DNA from: Calcarisporiella thermophila CBS 279.70
Lineage: Eukaryota; Fungi; Calcarisporiellomycota
NCBI RefSeq assembly: GCF_041956535.1
Contig: NW_027192214.1
Location: forward strand, 468,480 to 502,777
Reading direction: 5' to 3'
Length of the DNA: 34,298 bases
Position numbers and translations under genes: made by a program. Below, piece after piece: positions 1 to 13,237 of this stretch (positions are counted from its first letter, which is position 1; every line of letters starts with the position of its first letter). Below the pieces are notes generated by a model, which saw nothing but the letters and a program-made list of their open reading frames with translations, was not told the DNA's origin and did not search any database.

Positions 1-701
1 ATTCTTTAACTTCTAAATCCAGTATGTCTGCTCAGGCTTGGAATCTCCCATATGTTCGGAGAAGGATGCCGAGCGCGAAAAGGGGGGAAATTTGGATGGT
101 GCCCCCTCGAGGGCGCAGCTAGCTGGACATGGCGTTTAGCATCAGCAGTGGCTGACCGCTGCAATTAGCTCAAGCAAAATTGCTCTCCAAACTTGACTGA
201 TGCTTGGCTAGATAAAAGGGGAATAGGCACGTAATAAGAAGGGTTTCAGACTCTTTGGATCAATATATCGGCGCTTTTTTTAAGACTTGGTGCCTCGCGC
301 AACCAAGTTCACCCCTCCCTCGCCGGCAGTTTCGAATCCTTACACTTGTCAAATAGGAGTGATAAAGATCACTGCCCGTAAAGGCGATGGAGAGTTGGGA
401 GCTTGTGAGGAGATTTTCGCGACTTTGCCCGTGTTTGACTTTAGGTAACGCTTGGTATGACTTGCCTCAAGATGCCCGCGGGCCCTCTGCTCCTCCATCA
501 CCGGCACCGGCCGCTGTAGGGCCGCATTCCGAGCGGACGTTGGAGCGACTGCCCAGCTGTTTGCTGACTAAACACGCCGCTCAACGACAGGACCCCTTCC
601 CAAAGAACTGGGCCTCAATTTGAGCCGCCAATAGCCTGATTTAGGCTCAATCTTATCACCTTCAGGGCTATCTCTATCGTCCACTAAAAATGAATTCAAC
701 T

Positions 702-708
702 TGACTCA
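702..708 (+). promoter_or_regulatory. Gcn4/CpcA (AP-1-type) site TGACTCA upstream of DAHP synthase
   Basis: Exact TGACTCA ending 135 bp before the ATG at 843, with a near-site TGAGTCT at 718-724. Yeast ARO3/ARO4 are established Gcn4 targets. Confidence 0.55.
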
Positions 709-842
709 CAAAATGTCTGAGTCTAAAAAAATCTGGTTCATAAACACACTACTCCCTAGAAATCCGAGAGCCAGCAGCACTATTGCTACTTCCCATTCAC
801 TTTCCTCCATACTCTCCATCTCCTTCACAAACACCAGCTACA

Positions 843-2307
<1,465 letters not shown>

Positions 2308-2735
2308 ACCTAATGGAGCGCATGTCGCACAAACAACAAAGTCAAAATTACTCAGCGTTTGTTTTCAAAAAGAAATTATATTTTTAATATGCTTATTTTA
2401 ATGTTTTGTAATGAGAATAAACTCGCCTTAATTCCTAGAGGGGATCTTGGGCGGAAACATGCCGAGTCTTTTGAGGATTTTCCTCCACTTTTGGATGCTA
2501 CCAAGGCTGAACGGTTCCCTTACGAGGCTGGGTATAATACCCTACTAAAGAGGACACCGCCATCCCGTGGGTAGTCTGTCCACAGCCGCACATCTCCCTC
2601 GCCTCTTTCCCATTCTATAGGCCCTAGCGATTCATGGGGGGAGCATAGCGATACAATTTGACGAGTACAATCGAGCCGATACAAAACTGGTCATCCATGC
2701 TAGAGCTGGCAGTGATGACGCCTTAGGCTCGAGCG

Positions 2736-2742
2736 TGAGTCA
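2736..2742 (+). promoter_or_regulatory. Gcn4/CpcA-type site TGAGTCA upstream of the cupin gene
   Basis: Exact TGAGTCA ~210 bp upstream of the cupin ATG, with TATAAAA at 2878-2884. Confidence 0.4.
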
Positions 2743-2949
2743 AGCCAACGTGGGGATCGACTAGGCATCCTTATCTGGCCCTTTTTTCCTCAAAAGGCTT
2801 TATGGCAGCGGGATGGTAGAGGTCTTGCAAGAGAGTGCCGAGGTTTACGCAATTTGCGCGGTGTTCTCGAGCCAAGGTATAAAAAAGGAATTGGATGGAT
2901 ATTGAATTTTTATTTTCATACTGCCCTTGGATTCATAAACAACTCCAAA

Positions 2950-3356
2950 ATGAAGATATCTACCCTACAAAGCCTCCCTTTTCAGAGCATTTCACACGAT
3001 CAGGATCTCAAGAAACAAGTCAGTCTCACGCATGGTTCCATTCCTGTTCTCCTTCATCCATTTTATTGATGACCATCCTTATATACATCTAGGTGTTTCT
3101 AAAAGCAGGCGATGTCCCTAATTTAACTCAGTTCGCTCGAACCAGCATGCGCCCGGGACAAAAAGTGGAGCCTCACACGCACTCGGATATGACCGAGATT
3201 TTCTACATAGAGCGAGGAGAGGGCCGCTTTGGAATTAATGGCAAGTGGCATGAGGTGAGAGCCGGTACTTTCTTGGCAGTGGAGCCGGGGGAGGAGCATG
3301 AAGTTATTGCGACTGGCGATGAAGAACTAGTCATGGTCTACTTTGGAGTAGTATAA
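2950..3356 (+). CDS. Stand-alone cupin (Cupin_2 / RmlC-like) protein, 110 aa, 2 exons
   Basis: Exon 1 2950-3018 (MKISTLQSLPFQSISHDQDLKKQ), intron 3019-3092 (GTCAGT..TAG), exon 2 3093-3356. Cupin motif 1 is PGQKVEPHTHSDMTEIFYIERGEG and motif 2 is GTFLAVEPGEEHEV, so the H,H,E,H metal ligands are present. Confidence 0.9.
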
Positions 3357-3669
3357 AAAGTTTCTCGATGCTGTTTATCTCCCTCCCCACTCTCCCACCC
3401 TTGTCCTCATATAAAATGGTTCATAATTCCAATTGGCCCTTTATATTTTGAATGTAAGCTTTCACACTATTTATGATCGTAAGTGCTCTTTTGAACGGAA
3501 GCGAAAATGCAGACTGTCATGTTTAGTATGCCAAATCAAACCATTGCTAATAAATTTACAAGATCATCAGTATGTAAAACGCTAATAGAGCGGTAGAGTA
3601 TACAGTCGACAATAGAGTGAAGAAAAACTACTGTACGGCGTTGGCGTGCCTGGCTCGACGGATATCGAC

Positions 3670-5762
3670 TCAAATCCAGTCGCGACGGTGGTTTTCATCC
3701 TCCGAGATAAACGCAGGTCGCATCTCCTCTGTATATCTTGCCCTGGTTGGCATTGGAGCCACAATCGTCCCATGGCTCCTCTCCTGCTGCAAGCGCCTAA
3801 AGATGGGCGCCTGCCACTCACCAGATGCCTTCGAAGTGAAGCTGCTCTCTCGCGTCAGGGACGGGTAGTCCGGATGGAGCTGGTTAGGGATGGGGGAGGA
3901 GGGCAGCGGGATGGGGATGTCGTTTCCACTCCCAAACCCATTCGAGGTGGCGACCGAGTACATCGAGTGCATCCGGTATTGGGTCGGCGCAGGGGCAGCC
4001 GCTCCATCCTCGTCCGCCACCACCTCCTCGTAGTAATCCGAGATGGGCTTCGCGTCGTTCCCCGACAGGCTGTCTCGATCCCGCGCTGAAAACGAGCTTC
4101 CCTCTCGGCTATCCCTCAGGCCCTCCACGTAGTATGCATCCACGATCTGGGCCGGCGCCCTTGCCTCATTCGCCATCCCGGCTTCCGGGGGCATGAGCCT
4201 CGAATCCAAGTCGCCTTGTAAAGACTGGGGCTGCGAGGGCTGGTCTTGGTAGAAGGAGGACAGAGCCACATCTCTTTCCTGATTTGAGGTCAGTGTGGAG
4301 GTTGCGCCTGCGCTGACCCTGTAGGAGGACGACGCGATCGCCGCGCCTAGAGTGCCAGACGAAGCACCGCTCGTGGCACTCAAAGAGTGCGTTGGCAAAG
4401 TCTTCTCGCCCGGGAACCCGTAGACGGACTCGTACTGCGGAGGGCTCTGTGCCCAGTCTTTGGACTCGAAAAAGGACTTTGCGTATATGTGTCGGTCGCT
4501 CTCGCGCGAGGGGCTGAAGACAGGGTTGGTCAGATATTGAAATTCATCTCCTATAGACTCGTTGATGTGAGGAAGCTCTAGCCGTGCAGGGCTTGGTGAG
4601 GGGATTACCGATCCCCCCAGGAGCTCGTCCTCTCGGTAGGGTTGCCCTGGCGCTGCGCGTGCCTCCGACAACGTGGAGGTGGCCATGGCTGGAGGCGGAA
4701 CCGGGGCGGTTACTGGCCCGGATATCCTCGATTTCTTGAGGCGCAGGGAGCGAAGCCGAGAGGGTCTGTAGTAGCTCAGATCCCCATGATTACCATTGCC
4801 CCCTCTCTTGTTACGGGGTATAGCCGCTAATTCATCTTTGGAACGGCGTCTGCGTACAAATGTCCGACCAAGGCCAAATGCCAACAATCCGAGAGCAATG
4901 AGGCCACCAAGGACGACACCCACGATCAAAAACGTTTGGGAATTGGGGTCGCTTCTTGAATTCGCAGAGTTAGCATTTAAGGGGGGATTGCATGCTCCCC
5001 AACTACAGCGGCCGCTTAAACAATGTATATCCAGGGTGCAGTTGGCCTTCAGCTGCTGCTTGAGTAGGCACCTTTTCGAGATCAGGTCACAATACCGGTT
5101 GGGATCCGGGCAACCGAGGCGATTCGTCGATGAATCCATTTGACATTCTGGATTTGGGTTGGTCTGCGGAGAGCCGGGCGCCGCTACAGCTGCGGGAATG
5201 ACGGTGGAGAGTAAGGCAAGCGCAGACGTGGATCTTGGTGATGGATTTGGGGTTGATACGGCTGGTGGCGGGCTAATCACGGTGGAGTTCACGGTGGAGT
5301 TGCTGGCAGGAGCATCGACGGTGGCATAGACCACCTTGACCGGGGTGGAATGCGGCGAGGACACTTCCGCCGTGAGAGAAGGCATGGTTCCTTCCGATGC
5401 AAGGGCGCTATGGGGCCTGCTATGACCCAAGTTGAGAGGATTGACTTGGGCGGTCACTGCTTCGATCTCCTCGTCGTCGGCATCGTCCAAGCTCGGCTTG
5501 AGGCTGGTTAATACGCTGGCTCTCTGAGGAGCAGCCGAGACGACCGCTTGGTCACCAGGGGAAACTTTTAGAATTCTTGCACCTCCCCTGGGTAAAGAAG
5601 TATAGGTGGGGGAGGCGGGGAATAATCTAGTAGAGCCACTGGGGCTCTGCTCGCCATCGGCTAGATCTCTAGAACGAGTGAGGAATACTTTATCTAGCAC
5701 AGTTGTCAGTAGCTGTTTTACCAGGCTCCTCTCCCCTTATTAAACTGCTAGTACATACCCAT
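3670..5762 (-). CDS. Single-pass membrane protein: S/T/P-rich N-terminal region, 8-Cys module, TM helix, long disordered tail (mucin/sensor-like)
   Basis: 676-codon ORF. The probable start is ATG G|GTATGT at 5762-5759 with intron 5758-5694 (TACTGAC branch point, TAG acceptor). Cys module CQMD..GCPDPNRYCDLISKRC..NCTLDIHCLSGRCSWGAC; TM IVGVVLGGLIALGLLAFGLG followed by RRRR; PPQY motif in the tail. The 5' end is uncertain. Confidence 0.8.
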
Positions 5763-6778
5763 TGTTATTTCTTATCATTGAAAGAATCGTGCGCGAGTAT
5801 AGAGCGTAAAGGGTTGGCAGTATAGGAGAACTAAAAGAACAGGAAGTGTTCTAGATCTAACCTGGTAAAATACTAAAAGGAGAAGGGGAGCAGCAAGAAA
5901 AGGAGAACGGGAGAAGAAGGTGTGCAAGCGAGGACTATTAAAGAGGTGAAGGAGGGGGTAGTTTGCTAGGGATAAAGGAGTATAGCCGTGCAACGGTGTG
6001 AAGATTAGATCAGCCAAGTCCGTGGGCAAAATTCTGAAACTGAATGGTGGGCAAACCTGGAACAAGGACCACAGAAATGAAAAAATAAGGCCCTCGGAGC
6101 ATTAACGCAGGCCATGGCAATTTTCGCATCACTAGTCGAGGGAATGGATTTAATATAGTCTTTGACAAACTAGACGAGGCCATTTCGGTAACTGAATGGA
6201 CAGAGAGCATCCCCGCGCTTAAAATAGCCGCGCAGTTGCCCATGGCGCAGTTCGCCAGCACCTCGAGCGCTCTCCCCGCTCATTGCCGTGCCCAAACTTT
6301 CTCACAGGTTTCATCCAAACTTGACAGCCGGACTGAGCTAAGCACGTGCGAGCATGCATCATCATGTCCCATCATCTCCTTCTTTCCCCTCCCCCCCAAT
6401 GTCGAAGGCGGAACAGGCTTAGGGCACTAGGACGAAAAAGCCGCTTATTGCATGCTGTGGCGGTGAATTGTGGAGAGGAGATGTGAGAGGAAATATATGG
6501 TAATGGATCTGAATGCGAACGGTATCCCATTCGCGGAATGTGGCATGCTATTTCTGGTCTGATTTTAGGGAAGGCCTAACCTAATCAATCCAGAATCCCC
6601 TTCTTTCACGCTTGTGTCCTCTTTATCCTCCCCTTGTGTCATAATCCAGTTGACTGCCCTTCTAAAATGCTCACTCCCTCTCATTGATCAAGACGCGCCT
6701 TTTTTTCTTTTTGCATTTGTCTCGTTATTTTTCACTCTGGCACCGGTCATTTAAGTCAGCCATATCCTTGCGCCCTTG

Positions 6779-8978
6779 ATGCGTCATACTGTGGCAACGA
6801 CAAAGCGGCAACCACGCAACACTACTAAGAGCTGTCCCATCGTATTCACCGAATCACCCCTAGGTTTCTTCCTTGCCGCACCATCCTCGCTCTGCGATTC
6901 TCCAGTCGCAGGCAGCAACCAGCCTCAGAAGCCACAGCCAAAGCAAAATTCAAGCAAACAAACCAGTTCAGACCTATCCACCCTCCCCGCCCATTCTTGC
7001 GATGTGTGCCGAAAACTAAAGGTAGAGCAGCCATATCGGCCCTTCTGTGAAATTCACATTTTCTTTTAGCCGGCTTTGTTGGCTCAATGGATTGAATGGT
7101 GAGGTTAACTCGAGCATGTTTTGCTGAACTTCGATAGACTTATTGCAGCCGCAGATTTCCAGTCTGCGATCGATGCAAGCGACTATCGCTTCCTTGCACT
7201 TACTCGATAAAGTCGGACGTATCCGAGTTTTTGCGAATCTTTTTCCAGCGTATCAACCAGGAGAAGACCCGTACCGATCTGCTCGAGACGGAGTGGAAGC
7301 GATTCCAAGACGAGAAATCATACCTGGCTTGCCAGCTGTCTCACTCCCCCGCCGACACATCCTCACAAGCAAGCGTATCGACGGAAGATAAACCTCTAGA
7401 GGGAGAAAACGAGGAAAAGATCGAGATCTTGCTGCGCAATAACTGGAGGGTCACCAGGACAGCCAGCGGGTTGAGTTTGCACACGAATCTGAGAAACCAT
7501 GCCGACTTGGTGCGGTTTGTACAGCAGCTCCAGGGGAAGAGTTACGTTCCAAACGAGGGGCGTGTGTTTGGGCTGGGCAGTATTATTTATGGCCTGCAGC
7601 CGGACCGGCGCGAGTTCCGCCTCGCCTTCGTGTGGAAGCACGGTATATATTCGCCGCCGGAGGAGAAGGGCGCTCTTCTCCCCCCAAGTCCAATCTCACA
7701 ACTGTCCATGGGAAACCGCTATAAAAGGATTGTGGCGGATTTAGTGCGCCTAATCGCTGATGGCTGCACATTCTTTCTACGCGTAATGGACCGAGACTGG
7801 TTTATCGCGGAGTACACGAATAATACAATCGACCCCTTGGTGTGGTGGTCGGTGATGGCATGGACGGCAAGGCACGCCTATTTCCAGCATAGCTTCTCTG
7901 CAGAGTGTCGACAGCTGATTGTGGAGTACTCGGAGTTTGCCTACATGAACGCACGCTGTCTGCTGGTAAGATATTGTACACTTCTCCCTCCTCCTCCTCC
8001 ATCTCCTCCATCTCCTCCCATCCACCTATCCCACAACCTCTCCCATTGACCTCAGTCGACCGATGATGCTAAGTCCATTCTATCCTTTCATATATATACT
8101 AGGAGGAGAATTTCGATCAGTCCTCCCTGGAAACGGTGCTTGCCTCCATTTGTTTGCATTATTATACTCTTTATGAAGACAGACGCCCTGACTATTTAAG
8201 ACTTGCTCGCCAGCATGCTTCTCTGCTCCTCTGGAGTGAACCGCTGACTCCACTGCGCCCAGAAACGCTCCGCTTATTGCGTGCGACTCTCACCATCACT
8301 CTTATGGAGCATACCTACGCCACCTTCGTCGACCCCACCTTCCTTGACAATCTCGAGTTTGAGGACGAATGGTGGCCCCTCCTCGCCAAGCGTGTGGCTT
8401 GCCCTGAGCTCAAGACCTACGTCTGTGAGGACATGCAAATCATCCGCGCGCTGAATGGCTTGATCCGCAGACTGCGCCGGAAAGAGGAGTTCTTCTCGAA
8501 AGAGGCATTTGTCGAGGACACCCAGGCTTTCTTTAACGAAGGGTTTCGGGAAGGGATGCAGATGCTTGCGAAGAACGAGGCCGCAGGGTGCAGGCACAGC
8601 GTCTCCCGCCTGCGCGTCGAGTGGAAGCTGGGATGCTATGCCGCTTGGATTAAGCTGCAGCTCCCGCTGGTACTGGATGGGTTGCGTGAGGGGCCGCAGG
8701 TCTCAACGTGGACCGAGGCCCAACAAAAGGCCCATCGCATCTGCCTCCGTGCCTCCCGCGATCTGCTTGAGGCCGTGCGCATTGCCGTCACGTCGGACGA
8801 GATTTGCATCTTGTCGGAGTTGGCTGACTCGCTCGGTGCGCTGTACAACATGCATGCGATCTTTGGTGACCGCGAGAGTGCCCGGCGCTTATTCGAGATG
8901 CTTCAAACGATCAAACCCTCGGAAATCCCCTTGTTGGATGGGCTCCGCAGGAAACTTGCATTATTTATTGGTTTATGA
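6779..8978 (+). CDS. Zn(II)2Cys6 transcription factor, paralog A (~648 aa, 3 exons)
   Basis: Exons 6779-7021, 7138-7965, 8103-8978. The spliced finger CDVCRKLK|TYCSRRFPVCDRCKRLSLPC is C-x2-C-x6-C-x6-C-x2-C-x6-C. It is followed by a coiled coil and an MHR-like region (DPLVWWSVMAW, FDQSSLETV, ARQH). The start codon is less certain. Confidence 0.88.
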
Positions 8979-9487
8979 ACAAAGGTACACTAGTAGCCCC
9001 TTTATTTCGCCCTTGCCTGCTCTCCCATCCACATACCCCCGTCCCCTCTCCTCTCTCCCTCCATCCCCCTCGATTGTTCTTGTTTAATGTCACATAAATC
9101 TTTTGCTTTCTAAAAATTCGTTTATTTCATGTGCTATATACTCCCCTCCACTACCCTATTCTCTCTTGGCTTTTTTTTATTTACTGCCCCTAAAATATCA
9201 ACATCAATCTATTTCCTCCTCGATATAATATATACATAATATTGGACATCCTTCAGTTTTTTTTTGTTTTCATTTTAAACTCTGTAGAAGAAATAAGGCT
9301 ATTATTTGAGTAGGAATGCTGAAAGTGGATTGTATTAAAAATGTATGAATTTGCAAGAACTCAACCATTGGTAGAACAGCCTGAGGTGAAATAGAAGAGC
9401 AATTATAAAATAAAGGATGCACGAGGAATTGAAACGGAAACATGCGGTGAATGCTGCTTGCAGAATTTGTACAGATTGGAGGCGTGC

Positions 9488-11537
9488 TCAAGCGGCGGAG
9501 GCGAGAAAGTCGTCCACTTCCCTCCACAGGGTCTTGATTTGCTGCATCTCTCCACAGAGTAGTAGCAATTCCTTCAGCTGCTTTGTGAACGCAATCACCC
9601 TAGGTTTGTACTGGGGGAAACTTGCAAAGCGCTTGTATACCAAGAAGGCCTGGTGGAGCGCATCGCAGTGCTCCCAGATCAGACAGATGTCCTCCACGCT
9701 CAACGCCTTCTCCAGGACCACCTCTAAGTTGGCGAGCACACTCAGCACCTCCTCCTTTATCCCGGGGAGATCCATGATCACCACGAGGACACGCAGGCGC
9801 GCCCATATAACTGCGAGGTGAAAATTCATTTCATACCGGAATGCAATATTACTCTGTGACGTCAGCATGCGCTGATGGATCCAGGCGGGCCGCCCCTCGA
9901 TAAAGTGGCGCATGATTTGATACAAAAGGATAAAATCCGACGGCATCTTCGGAAGCATGCGTAGAAAGGTGGAAAAGGCGCGCACAGCGTATACATCTGC
10001 CGTGATAGCGTGCGCCATGTCTATCGATTCGTTCGGCAGCAGACTGGGCTCATGCTCGGCTGACAGGTGCTTGAGGCTCACCAGTGGATAGCTCGGGTCG
10101 ATGTAGCTCCGCAGAACCACCTCCGTGTAGGCTACGCCCCATGCTAAGCGGCGAAACTTTTCGGCCTCCAGGGGAGAGTGAGTGGACTCGTAGTTCTGAC
10201 TCCGCAGTGTGTCCACGTGTTGCCGCGCGATATTGATGAAGGTGGTGTTTAAACAGGACCGATATATGCATATATGGTACAAAGCTATGGAGGCAACCAC
10301 GGTTGCCACGTTGGGCTCATCAAAGTTGGCATCCTAGAGGGGGGTAAGAGTGAGGAATGAGAAGGTCAGACGCGAATGTCAAATAAAAGCACCTAGAACC
10401 AACAGAAGATATGAGGGAAAGTAAGAGAAAGGCACAGGGAAGGGGGAGGGGGGTTGGGGTGTAAAGGGTGACGTAGTGATGAGCGTATCTATCGCGTTCA
10501 TTAGGGGAGGAGGGGAGGCGACTTACTAAAAAGTGTTTAGTCTGCTCAGTGTGCTGCTCAGCATATTCTTTGACCATGATTCCATCCCATCGGTGTAGGT
10601 ATATTGCATGGTTGGCAGCCCAAGCCAATATTGCCGATCGAATTTGAGGGTCTATACTATTTTGCCTACAGCTATCAATGAACTCCTTTGGGTTCAGGAA
10701 ACGGTATAGGAACGGGCACTCCGTTATCAGGGTCTCGAGTTGAGCTTCTAGCTCCTTCAAGCCCAGCTCGGGTTTGAGTTCCTTGGCCACTTTACCCGGA
10801 GTAAAGATCGATCGACCAGCCACAGACGCTTCTGAGACGGAATAAAGCCCATACTGTCTCACGAGTATGTGCGAGGTCTCCTTCAAGGGAGGCTTGTTCT
10901 CTCGCTGATTTTCCTGAGTCCTGCGATTCTCCTTGAATCTCTGCAAAAGCAAGTACAAATCCCGGACACACACCAGGTCCGTCTGGACACCCCATCCACC
11001 GGTACAACTCCGCACCAAATTCCAACCCTTTGGTAGACATTTTGTCCATGCTCTCATCTCTTCATCGAAAATGGGGGTTTCGATGGGCAGATTGATCTTC
11101 GGCAATGACAACGGGGCCTTTGGAGACTCAATAAGTAGGGAGGCGAACTGGTCCTTCTTCAGACGCCGTAAGTCCTGCTCAACGGATTCCACCCGAGCCT
11201 TCTCTAGCGAAAGACGCTGATAGAAGAGCCGCAAAAACTCGGAGGCCGTCTCATTGCTTGGATAAATGCATTTATGCTGTTGGCGGATGCATCTATCACA
11301 TGAAGGCCAGCCGCGATTACAAAACGCCTACAACACAAAGAGTGAGATGGGAGACTTGAGGGGGATGGGCGGGAGACTGTAGTGGAGCAAAACAGGGGTG
11401 TAAATGCACTCCTGGGATTTCGCAAGTACCTTTAAACCTCGACATCGATTACAGGACCTCACTGGGGTGAGAGTTTTCGATCCATTACTTTTGTGGTTGG
11501 CCCGTATATCAGAAGCCAGTTTTGATGACAACTCCAT
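9488..11537 (-). CDS. Zn(II)2Cys6 transcription factor, paralog B (~584 aa, 3 exons)
   Basis: Exons 11537-11430, 11327-10527, 10333-9488. Finger CNRCRGLK|AFCNRGWPSCDRCIRQQHKC; also DPQIRSAILAW, FDEPNVATV, ARQH, EKFRRLAW. Confidence 0.88.
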
Positions 11538-13101
11538 ATTGAACTGTTACCAAGAGCGAGTTGCTCTCTTTATATGCGCGAATGTGACTTCAATAAAGGG
11601 GAGGGAGAGAGTGTCAAAATCTCTATACCATGGCAAAATTGGTGTACAAGAGACTCTATGGTAGTGTTACCAGTTAATATCGGCCTGTACTTTGGGAAAA
11701 TTTTCAACTCCACGTTGGCAATTTTCTTAGAAGGTTTTAATATTCCATGTTTAAACTGCTTTCATTAGTCTCGCCGGCTTAGTAATAATTTTTCCTGGTA
11801 ATTAAGAGTTAATAACCGCCTCTTTTGGCATTCTAGCCTAGGCAAGAAACTCTCCGGCAAATAGGAGACTCTCAGTTGCGTTGGTGTAGAAAGGGATGAA
11901 TTAAGGTTACGTTGCAACCATTAGAATTCTGTGCATGCCCACTGTGTCGTGGGGTGTCAGATTGGGGCTGACTGGGTGAGGAAACTAAAACCTGCAATGG
12001 ATACTTCATTTACTATCCGCGATTCATCTTGAATCGGAAGTGAGATTTAAAAATGGGAATAAGTTTTACATCTGGCATAAATCCGTTTGTGCGTGGACTG
12101 TTCCGCCACGACCCCTATATTGAAAAGGAAAGGATGTAATCTACATCTTTGGTTGGATCCCCCATTAGCGACGAAAAAGGAATGATAGCGAATGAACAAT
12201 CAATGGTGGAACTAGCTTATGAAAATAATGTCGCGAGAAGGTGCCCATTTTTCGCGTAAAACATATATATTATTGCAAGGAATTGCAGAGGGTAACCTAT
12301 GTTCTGGAAGTGTTAAGGAACAGCGGGTGGCAAGCCGATATCCGCATCAGTGTGTATTCGTCCTGCATGATTTAGCCTATGTACATGTGTCGAAACATTA
12401 GCATAATCCATATTGAAATCCAGGTGTGAACTAGTGAATTTTATTCATTTCTGAATATGCAAGTCTTTCACAAGTAGATGCTGTCTTGTCTGGGATTTTT
12501 TTTCCAACCCAAGTTCAGGGAAAAGCATATAGTATTCATATATAACTCAATGGTTTGCAACTTGATTACAATATCATCTTACACTGAGGACAGGGGACTC
12601 ACAAACGTTGATATCCCTTATACATGCGGATTACCCCCTGTTAAAATTCAACACAGGTTAGGGAATAAAAAGATTGCCCTAAAAAATGTAAAGGCCACTG
12701 TAGAGGGTATGGGCCTTGACCAGTTTTAACTTGGTGGCAAACCTATTTTTTTCGTCTACACGGGCTGGAGGATACCATTATCGACTCAAACAGTGGTTGA
12801 GGTTTCCCCTCCTCCCGGATGCAATGCAGTTCTCAAGAATATTTACTAACCTCATGGGATTCCAGGGTTAGATTTCAGAAAATCTTGTCCGACCTCCAAG
12901 GGTAGGACACAGTTGGGTGATATAATATGAGCATATAAGGAATAAAGCTAACGTGGGTGAATCCGTTAGCGCTCAACAGTAGAATTCAATTACAATAGCA
13001 ATATAAATAAAAATACGAGGAAGGAAGAGGAAAGAAATAGATGATAAAGAGAAAAAATAAAAGCGATATTCATTTTGCAAATATGAAGAAGTTGAATCGA
13101 G

Positions 13102-13128
13102 GAAGAAGAAGAAGAAGAAGAAGAAGAA
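13102..13128. repeat. (GAA)9 microsatellite in a purine-rich tract, 3' flank of the kinase gene
   Basis: Nine consecutive GAA units read directly. Confidence 0.9.
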
Positions 13129-13237
13129 AAGAAAGTATCAAATATATAAACATGAAGCCATCGTAATATATCAATAAGAAAATTAAAAACGAGAAAATTA
13201 CCAAAAGAGTGTTATTATAAATTCCTCCAACCGCACT

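Noticed and set aside
285-342. Hairpin and B-box-like TTCGAATCC suggesting a tRNA
   Set aside because: No A box and no cloverleaf can be folded.
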